Origin: a virus
IMG/VR virus record: IMGVR_UViG_3300009156_000017
Strand: one strand, 5' to 3'
Length of the DNA stretch: 40,245 nucleotides
The notes beneath the pieces were generated by a model, which did no database searches, was not told where the DNA came from, and worked only from the letters and a program-made list of their open reading frames with translations. A program made the position numbers and the translations under genes. Shown here in pieces: positions 33,622-40,245 of the stretch. Numbering within the stretch: position 1 is the stretch's first letter; each line of letters starts with the position of its first letter.

Positions 33622-33875
33622 ACAAACAAGTGTTACCCATCCCCCTGATCAACCACGAAACTGAGGCGCTAAAACTTAGCGTAGCCGTGGAGTTGCTTTA
33701 CCGCCGGATATGTACTATGGAAGTAATCTTCCAGCAGGATCCTACCCAGCTATCCCCCGAAGATTGGGAGGACTACATTGAGTGCGAAAAGTTTTTAAAT
33801 ACCATCGGGGGAAAGAAGCTGGGGACCGGCGATGCCGTCCAGCGATACCTGGATCAATATTACGCAACAATTTAA
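33618..33875 (+). CDS. Hypothetical protein (85 aa)
   Basis: ATGA overlap with the upstream gene. Confidence 0.5.
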   Translation: MNKQVLPIPLINHETEALKLSVAVELLYRRICTMEVIFQQDPTQLSPEDWEDYIECEKFLNTIGGKKLGTGDAVQRYLDQYYATI

Positions 33876-33887
33876 ACCAAACTATAC

Positions 33888-34160
33888 ATGAGATACTTAG
33901 CAACAAAACTTGAACTTGAATGCCTGCAGGAACTTTGCCGTTCCCATAACCTTCGGTATTCCGCATGGCCAACCGACAGCGGCCTTTTCGAAATGAAGAT
34001 CCGCTATAAGGACGGGGACGAATTATCTGCCGACGTCGCCTTTATAATCGGCCAGAATTTTGAATCCAAAGTCCGCAGGAAAAGGGAGGTGGATTTTTTA
34101 TCCCGCCTGCAGCAGCCGCCCAGCAATGTATTCCAACCCTTGGAGGATCTGCTGCCATGA
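33888..34160 (+). CDS. Hypothetical protein (90 aa)
   Basis: ATG ORF in the early operon. Confidence 0.5.
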   Translation: MRYLATKLELECLQELCRSHNLRYSAWPTDSGLFEMKIRYKDGDELSADVAFIIGQNFESKVRRKREVDFLSRLQQPPSNVFQPLEDLLP

Positions 34161-34432
34161 CCAGAGTATATTTAATCGGCCATGAGGTCGTATGTATAAG
34201 CAACGACTGCTTCTACTTTCGCCCCTTCCCTAAGGTAGGGGATATCTGCCTGGTGCAGGATGTCAAGTTTGCTTTCGGTAGGCGGTGGCTCCGGCTGGCG
34301 GGATATAACTACTCGACGGGCATTGGCCCCGGAAAAGTTGTCGCCTTCTGCTCCACCAACTTTGTCCCCCTGGACCTGGTCGGGCGGGATAGCCAAGAAC
34401 GGATCCTCTTACTTCAAAAAATAAAAATCTAA
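34157..34432 (+). CDS. Hypothetical protein (91 aa)
   Basis: ATGA overlap with the upstream gene. Confidence 0.5.
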   Translation: MTRVYLIGHEVVCISNDCFYFRPFPKVGDICLVQDVKFAFGRRWLRLAGYNYSTGIGPGKVVAFCSTNFVPLDLVGRDSQERILLLQKIKI

Positions 34433-34444
34433 AACAAAACTTTT

Positions 34445-35203
34445 ATGGAACACCAAGTCACAAATACATTAGAAAGGATCCCGGTGGAGTCGGCCTTCGC
34501 TATCAATAGCTTTGAGCACGCCCAGCGCGTGGCAAAAATGCTCGCCTCCTCCGACCTTGTACCTAAGGAATTCAAGGGTAGCGTTCAAAACGTTATGATC
34601 GCCCTGGAAATCTCAAACCGGATCGGGGCCAGCCCCTTGATGGTAATGCAGAACTTATACATCGTCCACGGTAAGCCCTCCTGGTCGAGTAGCTTTATAA
34701 TCGCGGCGCTCAATGCTTGCAAGCGCTTTTCCCCCTTGCGCTTTGAACTAACCGGCGAGGGCGACAAGATGGAGTGCTACGCATGGGCCTTTGAAACTTC
34801 TACCAACGCCAAGATCGTCGGCCCTACCGTAACGATGGCGATGGCCAAGGCCGAAGGTTGGATCGACAAGAACGGCAGCAAGTGGAAAACCATGCCCCAG
34901 CTCATGATACGCTACAGGAGCGCGGCCTTCTTCGGTAGGCTATACGCCCCGGAGATCCTCATGGGTATGCACGCCCAGGATGAGGTCGTCGATATGACGG
35001 CCCAGGTTGTAGGGGAAGAAATACAGCCCGGCGCCGACCTTGAAAACGGAATCACGGTGGAGGCGCTGCAGGCCCTCTACAACGAAAAACTAAACCTTCT
35101 TACCAAGCCCGAAATGGAACGGGCAAAGAGGATCCTGGAAAACAAGGAGGTCGATAGCTATCAAAAATTATTCAAATTCTTAAACGAAAAACAAGCAGCA
35201 TGA
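34445..35203 (+). CDS. recT: RecT-family single-strand annealing protein (252 aa)
   Basis: LMVMQNLYIVHGKPSWSSSFIIAALNA ... KWKTMPQLMIRYRSAAFFGRLYAPE resembles RecT. Paired with a downstream exonuclease. Confidence 0.65.
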   Translation: MEHQVTNTLERIPVESAFAINSFEHAQRVAKMLASSDLVPKEFKGSVQNVMIALEISNRIGASPLMVMQNLYIVHGKPSWSSSFIIAALNACKRFSPLRFELTGEGDKMECYAWAFETSTNAKIVGPTVTMAMAKAEGWIDKNGSKWKTMPQLMIRYRSAAFFGRLYAPEILMGMHAQDEVVDMTAQVVGEEIQPGADLENGITVEALQALYNEKLNLLTKPEMERAKRILENKEVDSYQKLFKFLNEKQAA

Positions 35204-35922
35204 GGACGGGAAATTTTACCAGCAGCGAGATCGTTGCTTTGATGAAAAACGGAAAGAAGGCGGGCGAGCTCGGGGCCCCCGCTATTGAATATGTTAACGA
35301 GTGCAATATGGAGAGGAGGTTGGGTCGGCCCCTTGAAGGGGAGAGCAACGCCCGCGCAACGAGCTGGGGTACCGTAGGGGAAAAATATGTTTTCTCCCTG
35401 CTGGGCCTTGAGTATAGCGCGGTCTCCAAGGATTCAATCCTACACCCGGAGTTTGATTTCTGGGCCGGTACCCCCGACAGCGTTTGCTATGAGGAGGCAA
35501 CCCGAACGGTAGGCGACATCAAATGCCCCTTTACCTTGAAATCCTTCTGTCAACTTGTAGACGCCTGGGAGCGCGGTGGTATAGCCGGGATCCGGGACTA
35601 TCATAAGGATGGCGAGAAATTTTACTGGCAGCTGGTTTCCAACGCTATCCTTACCGGCTGCGACCACGGGGAGCTGATCGTATTTGCCCCCTACAAACAT
35701 GAGCTCGACGCCATCCGGGAAATCGCCCGGCACGACGATACGGGCTGGATCTTTTATGCCGACAACGAGGAGCTACCCTGGCTCCACGAAGGGGCCCACT
35801 ATAAGAACCTTAACAAGTTCCGCTTCCCTATACCGGAGGCCGACAAGCAGGCCCTACGCAAGCGCGTGGAGGAGTGCAGCAAATATTTGGTCCAACCATT
35901 TTTAATACCTCAAACTTTATGA
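35200..35922 (+). CDS. YqaJ/lambda-Exo-like PD-(D/E)xK exonuclease (240 aa)
   Basis: GTPDSVCYEE...VGDIKCP matches the D...E.K catalytic motif. ATGA coupled to recT. Confidence 0.7.
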   Translation: MRTGNFTSSEIVALMKNGKKAGELGAPAIEYVNECNMERRLGRPLEGESNARATSWGTVGEKYVFSLLGLEYSAVSKDSILHPEFDFWAGTPDSVCYEEATRTVGDIKCPFTLKSFCQLVDAWERGGIAGIRDYHKDGEKFYWQLVSNAILTGCDHGELIVFAPYKHELDAIREIARHDDTGWIFYADNEELPWLHEGAHYKNLNKFRFPIPEADKQALRKRVEECSKYLVQPFLIPQTL

Positions 35923-36019
35923 CAATTAAACCTAAACTTTGACCTATAAGAAATCCCTATGCGGCCCACTCGTGCGACTCGTAGTTTGGTGGTACCGTAG
36001 AGGATAACCGCCTGGGGAC

Positions 36020-36074
36020 GGGGGTGCTGTTTGCCGAGAGAGTTTTCAGCGCCCCCAAAATTTAAAAAAAAAAA
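36020..36074 (+). other. Strong hairpin followed by an A11 tract (function unknown)
   Basis: GGGGGTGCTG (36020-36029) pairs with CAGCGCCCCC (36047-36056), 10 bp with one G-T, around a 17-nt loop. It is followed by aaaattt and A11 (36064-36074). Confidence 0.5.
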
Positions 36075-36084
36075 TACCCTACTC

Positions 36085-36180
36085 ATGAAACAGAACAGCA
36101 TCTTGTATGTTCGCCTTGGCCTCGTTGGCCTATTTTGCGTCGCGCTCATTCTTGGACTTGTAGCCTTTTGGATGCGATGA
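36085..36180 (+). CDS. Mini membrane peptide (31 aa), below the ORF-track cutoff
   Basis: Hand translation gives MKQNSILYVRLGLVGLFCVALILGLVAFWMR. ATGA overlap with the next gene start at 36177. Confidence 0.35.
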   Translation: MKQNSILYVRLGLVGLFCVALILGLVAFWMR

Positions 36181-36446
36181 AAGCCAAGGAGGTAACATAC
36201 GAAACGATCTTCGGGGAAATGGTAACCGTTACCACCAAGCAGCAAAACCCAATGCTGCGGGCATACGGCCCAGGGCCCAGCGACAAACGCTGCAAGGAGT
36301 GCGTCTATTTTATCAGAAAGGAATTCTCGCACACGTATTTCAAATGCCAGTTTCGGGGGAATACCAACGGACCGGCTACTGACCATCGGGCCAACTGGCC
36401 GACCTGTAAACGCTTTATTGAACGCATCGCCAAGCTAATCACATAA
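36177..36446 (+). CDS. Hypothetical Cys-rich protein (89 aa)
   Basis: The internal ATG of ORF 36135..36446 (MKAKEVTYE) was chosen. CKEC ... KCQ ... CKRF suggests zinc binding. Confidence 0.5.
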   Translation: MKAKEVTYETIFGEMVTVTTKQQNPMLRAYGPGPSDKRCKECVYFIRKEFSHTYFKCQFRGNTNGPATDHRANWPTCKRFIERIAKLIT

Positions 36447-36447
36447 T

Positions 36448-36963
36448 ATGCAGCCGATCGATACGCTATACAATGGAAATTTTTTTCGTTCCCGACTTGA
36501 AGCACGCTGGGCATTCTTCTTCGACCAGGTAAATATCCGGTATGAGTATGAGCAGCAAGGCTTCCGCCACAACGGGGAGTGCTACCTGCCGGATTTCTTT
36601 TTGCCCGACGTATGGCTACGCCACAGCCACCGTGGGGTATACATCGAAATCAAACCGGAGAGCTACCCGACCAGCAACATACCGGCGGGCAAGTGGTTTA
36701 CCAAGCCCCTGGTACTATTCACAGGCACGCCAGATAAAATGATCTGGGGGGATCCCTCCTGTGACGGTAATGGATTCCAGCTATACCCTGGGTGGGACAA
36801 CTGTATGGCTATATGGAAATGCCCCAAATGTGGAACCTTTAAGATTGAATTTCTCGAGGGCAACTATGACTCCTGCCCCCTGGGACATCCGGCCAAGAAC
36901 GATTACGATTTCTTAAAGGCCGCCGCACAAAAAACTATTTTTAAACGCTTCGAACATGCCTGA
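36448..36963 (+). CDS. PD-(D/E)xK-type nuclease with C-terminal zinc ribbon (171 aa, tentative)
   Basis: FRSRLEARWAFFFDQVNIRYEYE...YLPDFFL...VYIEIKP is the TnsA/Hjc-like endonuclease pattern. CPKCG...CPLGH lies near the C-terminus. Confidence 0.55.
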   Translation: MQPIDTLYNGNFFRSRLEARWAFFFDQVNIRYEYEQQGFRHNGECYLPDFFLPDVWLRHSHRGVYIEIKPESYPTSNIPAGKWFTKPLVLFTGTPDKMIWGDPSCDGNGFQLYPGWDNCMAIWKCPKCGTFKIEFLEGNYDSCPLGHPAKNDYDFLKAAAQKTIFKRFEHA

Positions 36964-37729
36964 GGGACTGCCATATTTTAAGTTTTTTCCACGCACCTAT
37001 ACCAACGGAAGGATCACCCTTTTGGATGAGCATACCCAGGGTGTTTTTATCAACGTATGCTCCTATTATTGGATGAAAAATGGGCTGGTTTCTGAGGAAG
37101 AAATCCGACTTCGTTTTCGCAAAAAAAATAAATATTTGGAAAGGTTGTTTAAACAACGATTAATAAAAAAAATAAATTCGAAAATTTCCATCTCATTTCT
37201 GGACGAACAACTGGAAACGTTTGAGAATATCAGAAAAAAAAATAGTGAGAATGGAAAGCTGGGAGGCCGAAAACAGGAAGCGACCGCTTTAGGGTCGGTA
37301 AGCGAAACGGAAGCGACCGTTAACCCGTCGGTAAGCGAGCGCCAAGGCATTGGAGATAAAGAAGAAGATAAAGATAAAGATGAAGAGGGAGAGGAAAAAG
37401 AAAAAGAAAAAGGCGGGGGCGCTGACGCGCTTTTACCGGGCCCCCTTGGGGTGAAATTGAACGAGTGGGAACAGCACCTCCGGGAAAAGAAATGCCGCCT
37501 CACTCCATCCACCAAAAAATTGCAAATTGAAAAACTGAGGGCGATGTCGCCTAGCCTCGCCGTTGCTACGATAAATTTTTCTATCACCAACGGTTACACA
37601 GGACTTTTTGAAGAACGTCAAAAGCAGCAAAATGGAAAACGTACCCATTCCAAACAGCAGCAAGCCAGAGAAGGCCGTGACTATCTGGCGGAGCACTACG
37701 GCGATAAACTTGGGGGAAAGAAGATTTGA
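36956..37729 (+). CDS. Replication-initiation-type protein (DUF4373/DUF1376/DnaD-like N-terminus), 257 aa
   Basis: LPYFKFFPRTYTNGRITLLDEHTQGVFINVCSYYWMKNG resembles the Lin1244/DUF4373 N-domain. An acidic low-complexity linker follows. Confidence 0.5.
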   Translation: MPEGLPYFKFFPRTYTNGRITLLDEHTQGVFINVCSYYWMKNGLVSEEEIRLRFRKKNKYLERLFKQRLIKKINSKISISFLDEQLETFENIRKKNSENGKLGGRKQEATALGSVSETEATVNPSVSERQGIGDKEEDKDKDEEGEEKEKEKGGGADALLPGPLGVKLNEWEQHLREKKCRLTPSTKKLQIEKLRAMSPSLAVATINFSITNGYTGLFEERQKQQNGKRTHSKQQQAREGRDYLAEHYGDKLGGKKI

Positions 37730-38369
37730 TAAAATCGTCGCATCGGTAGGCCTATCGGTAAAAGAAATAATCGACGCAACCCCAATCGCCGTCCTGCAGT
37801 ATGAGCTACAAGACGACCGCGAGGTAATCGAAAGCTTTCTCGCCGTCCAGATCCAACTCCTAACCGAGTCGGTAAACGTACAGCAGAACATTCAACCATA
37901 CCAGATCCCGTCAATAGCCAAAACGTTGATCGATCTGTTCCCGGTTGAAAGCCTGGAAGATTTCGTCCTATGCTTCAAGCGTGGAGCCCTGGCGTTGTAC
38001 GGGCCTATCTACAACCGCCTCGACGCTTCAATCCTGGTGGAGTGGATGCAAAAGCATCTCGACGAGAAGTACATGCTCATCGAGGCCAAGGTTACCCAGG
38101 AGCAGGCCAAGCATACCAACGACAACCAAGTGAACTATGAGGCCTTCAAAGCCCGCGCCCCGGAGGTATTCGCCAAGGCCCAAAACAAAAACAACGCTAT
38201 GGATATGGGCTACGAGCGTTACAAGCTGGAAAACCCCTACAGGTATTACACCGTCGAGGGGGTTGAAGTCTACGCAAGAAGCCAGGAGCTGGCCGAGCGG
38301 CAAGTGGAAGCATTGATCCAATCGGGTGAACTTGAAAGGGTGCATCATGACAAGAAAGCAGATCATTGA
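37632..38369 (+). CDS. Hypothetical replication-module protein (245 aa)
   Basis: The ATG at 37632 with the aaaATGgaaaac context is preferred over the TTG at 37608. Overlaps the upstream gene by 98 nt. Confidence 0.5.
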   Translation: MENVPIPNSSKPEKAVTIWRSTTAINLGERRFDKIVASVGLSVKEIIDATPIAVLQYELQDDREVIESFLAVQIQLLTESVNVQQNIQPYQIPSIAKTLIDLFPVESLEDFVLCFKRGALALYGPIYNRLDASILVEWMQKHLDEKYMLIEAKVTQEQAKHTNDNQVNYEAFKARAPEVFAKAQNKNNAMDMGYERYKLENPYRYYTVEGVEVYARSQELAERQVEALIQSGELERVHHDKKADH

Positions 38370-38628
38370 TGAAAACCTGGAACTACGGTGCGCACTTGTT
38401 GACGCGAGGGAATTGCTCAACAAGGCGGAGAAAACTATTCAAGCGATGGTTCGCGAAAGGAAACAAACGCTGCAGGAGATTCAGGATCTCAAGGACGTTA
38501 TCAGATTTGCCAGCAACTTGGAGGCCGATAGGAAGTATCGATCGATGAGTGAGCAACGCAAGCACTGGAACGCGCAGCAGGTATTTATGAAAATCAATAG
38601 TGATGCAAACGATAAGCAAACGACTTAA
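38347..38628 (+). CDS. Coiled-coil hypothetical protein (93 aa)
   Basis: The ATG at 38347 is preferred over the GTG at 38326. Confidence 0.45.
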   Translation: MTRKQIIDENLELRCALVDARELLNKAEKTIQAMVRERKQTLQEIQDLKDVIRFASNLEADRKYRSMSEQRKHWNAQQVFMKINSDANDKQTT

Positions 38629-38647
38629 CTTTTAAACAATAAAAATC

Positions 38648-39295
38648 ATGAAAACAACAGCAACCAAGGAGTCAGCAAAAGAAGTCATCGAGCATGCCGA
38701 ACTTTTAAACGGTCTTGACAACCAGGGGAAGTTAGAAGTTCCCTACATCGTACAGGTAGAAATCGTCGGCTCATGCCCGCTCATTTTTCACAAGTGGAAC
38801 GTAGAGGAAGTCGCTATAAAAGCTGCAGCTAAGAAGGGCAGCAAGGAAAAGAAAACCGACAACATCGAGTCGTTTATTTATCGAGACAACGATGGGGATA
38901 TATGCTTACCGGGGGAATACCTACGGATGGCTATGTGCTATGCGGCGAAGTTCCGCCAGGATCCTCGCTCGCCTAAGAAGTCCGCCTTCGATTTATTCAA
39001 GGCCGGGTTGGTATCGATGACCGAGCTGGCAAAGGTAAACGGTGGATCCAAGACTTGGGATTTCATCGATCAGCGGCGCGTCGTTGTACAGCGAAACGCC
39101 ATCACACGAATGAGGCCAGCGTTCCTTGCTGGCTGGAGCGCCGAGATAGAAATAGCCGTGGGCGTGCCGGAGTATATCGATACCGTTGCGTTCAGGGAAG
39201 TTTTAGAAATGGCCGGTCGATTGATCGGCGTCGGCGACTTTAGACCATCATACGGCAGATTTCAAATCTCTCATTGCAAAGTAAAAAAATATTAA
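38648..39295 (+). CDS. Conserved-looking hypothetical protein (215 aa) with a Gly-rich C-terminal loop
   Basis: Clean ATG ORF and last gene before the G-rich region. The C-terminus RPAFLAGWSAEIEI...AGRLIGVGDFRPSYGRFQI is reminiscent of RAMP-type glycine-rich loops. Unverified. Confidence 0.6.
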   Translation: MKTTATKESAKEVIEHAELLNGLDNQGKLEVPYIVQVEIVGSCPLIFHKWNVEEVAIKAAAKKGSKEKKTDNIESFIYRDNDGDICLPGEYLRMAMCYAAKFRQDPRSPKKSAFDLFKAGLVSMTELAKVNGGSKTWDFIDQRRVVVQRNAITRMRPAFLAGWSAEIEIAVGVPEYIDTVAFREVLEMAGRLIGVGDFRPSYGRFQISHCKVKKY

Positions 39296-39714
39296 GGTCG
39301 GGACCGGTTAGCACTGGCGGGTTCGGGCAAGCTTCGGTCCGGTATTCGTCCGGTATGGTAGGATCTGGCATGGGCCCTACGGGGCGCCAGGAGGTATGGC
39401 GTATCGAGATGGGGATAGGCGGGGCTTGGCCCGGTATATTGCGAGGCAATCCGGGTTGGGGCCTTGGAGCGGTACGGTACGGAGTGGTGGGGTGGGCTAC
39501 GTTATGGCCGGGGCCGGTGGGGTTTGGTCTGGCAAGGATAGATCAGGCCCGGCGAGGTAAATGCGGGGTGGGCTTCGGTAAGGCGAGGGCCTGGCTCAGG
39601 CACAAAAGGGTTTGGCCTGGAAAGTATCGGCGAGCGATGGCGAGGTGAGTTTGGGAAGGGCGAGGTTTGGTCTGCCATAGTGTGGTCAAGGTGAGTCGCG
39701 GTCGGGTGCGCTTT

Positions 39715-39738
39715 GGTCTGGTGGGGGCCCTTCGGGGC
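39715..39738 (+). repeat. 24-nt exact repeat, copy 1 (contains a cUUCGg hairpin)
   Basis: ggtctggtgggggcccttcggggc. GCCC-TTCG-GGGC forms a 4-bp stem with a UUCG tetraloop. Confidence 0.9.
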
Positions 39739-39961
39739 GCGATCAGGTCTGGGTGGCGCGGCGCATAGCGGTTGGGCTGGGCGCGGTTCGGTTCTTCATG
39801 GTACGGTAAGGGTTGGCGCGGTGAGGAAAGGGAATGGATCGGTATTCATGGGCAAGGCTCGGTTATCTAGGGGCCCCGTTGTGGGGCGCGAAGTGTGGTG
39901 CGGAGTGGTACGGTTAGCAATGGCTGCGAGAGGTTGATCAAGGCATGGCGAGATCGGCTCG

Positions 39962-39985
39962 GGTCTGGTGGGGGCCCTTCGGGGC
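39962..39985 (+). repeat. 24-nt exact repeat, copy 2
   Basis: Identical to 39715-39738 and 247 nt downstream of it. Confidence 0.9.
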
Positions 39986-40000
39986 ACAAAGTTAAGGGCT

Positions 40001-40032
40001 TGGTCGGATGAGGTATGGCGTGGTCGGATGAG
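40001..40032 (+). repeat. Tandem 12-nt repeat TGGTCGGATGAG with a 20-nt period
   Basis: Exact copies at 40001-40012 and 40021-40032. Confidence 0.85.
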
Positions 40033-40122
40033 CTGAGGCATGGCAAGATCCGGCAGGGCTATTCCCGGTCTGGCTTTCGGTTGGCAACGGCGTGGTGCGG
40101 TTTGCTGGGGTGCTGTTCGGTT

Positions 40123-40245
40123 CGGATTTTTTTAACCAAACGAATTATTTTATGACGGATAAAGAGAAACATTTTCAGCTATACGATGAGATCATAAAGC
40201 TTCCCGACGGCCTTCAGTTTCTACGGGACGTCGATGAGCTGATAA
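40123..40245. repeat. Right copy of the exact 123-bp terminal direct repeat
   Basis: Identical to 1-123. It contains the first 94 nt (40152-40245) of the ORF annotated at 30..302. Confidence 0.95.

Larger units (their letters stand above)
1..40122. mobile_element. Complete temperate siphovirus-like phage genome (one unit length), probably infecting a Bacteroidota host
   Basis: An exact 123-bp repeat joins the two window ends. A full head-tail-lysis late operon, a tape measure protein with no sheath gene, an integrase plus repressor module and a RecT/Exo recombination module are all present. Confidence 0.8.
39296..40122 (+). other. ~830-bp non-coding, strongly G-skewed region packed with dispersed short repeats and small GC hairpins
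   Basis: 31 of 60 bases are G in each of the two lines I counted (39481-39540 and 39721-39780). There is no ATG-initiated ORF with normal composition. Repeats are listed below and in the findings. Confidence 0.7.

Noticed and set aside
35960-36010. Possible tRNA (gtagtttggtggtacc resembles a D-loop)
   Set aside because: There is no complementary D-stem, no GGTTCGAATCC-type T-arm and no acceptor-stem pairing. No other tRNA-like T-loop was seen outside coding sequence.
39274-39937. Track ORFs 39274..39648 (124 aa) and 39713..39937 (74 aa) inside the G-rich island as protein-coding genes
   Set aside because: The first starts at a TTG inside the upstream gene. Both are Gly/Trp/Arg-rich, as expected from translating G-rich DNA. 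All three plus frames are similarly open because stop codons are rare in this composition. I saw no clear 3-nt periodicity. One frame runs from 39274 to about 40150 with only four stops (TGA, TAG, TAG, TGA). Mixed stop types make a simple recoding explanation unlikely, but a tblastx check is still worthwhile.
39296-40122. CRISPR array or other regular tandem repeat
   Set aside because: The repeats are short (7-24 nt) and irregularly spaced. The hairpin motifs are 352, 147 and 100 nt apart, and the 24-mers 247 nt apart. No constant repeat-spacer period exists.

Overview
The window is one complete temperate, siphovirus-like dsDNA phage genome of about 40.1 kb. Bases 1-123 recur exactly at 40123-40245, so the unit length is 40122 bp. 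This is either circular closure of an assembly or a terminal redundancy.

Genome layout:
- One long minus-strand late operon runs 30304 -> 5890. In order it encodes a ParB-DNA methyltransferase fusion, small and large terminase, portal, prohead protease, HK97-type major capsid protein, neck proteins, a major tail protein, two overlapping chaperone-like ORFs, a 960-aa tape measure protein and large tail or baseplate proteins. It continues with a 1002-aa repeat-rich tail fiber, a membrane-anchored beta-helix glycanase, a holin-like protein and a u-spanin-like lipoprotein.
- The lysogeny module lies at 30.4-33.1 kb. It holds a tyrosine integrase, a minus-strand operon (repressor, lipoprotein, 55-aa ORF) and a divergent switch region.
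- The plus-strand early region runs 33165-39295 and carries RecT, a YqaJ-like exonuclease, a PD-(D/E)xK nuclease and a DnaD/DUF4373-like replication protein. After wrap-around it continues through many small genes at 30-5893.

Several signals point to a Bacteroidota host. These are TAnnTTTG-type -7 boxes, A-rich start contexts without Shine-Dalgarno sequences, an Arm-type integrase N-terminus, BACON-like Ig domains and a lipoprotein with an acidic post-Cys signal.

The most unusual feature is the only large non-coding stretch, about 830 bp at 39296-40122. It is about half G on the plus strand and is packed with dispersed short repeats and cUNCGg hairpins.

Other points worth follow-up:
- a three-copy conserved promoter element in front of small accessory genes
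- a lysis cassette with no recognisable endolysin
- an intrinsic terminator in the leader of the late operon
- a terminator-containing gap between terminase and portal
- small ORFs that fall below the ORF-track cutoff

All functional calls were made by eye from motifs and gene order. No database search was run.
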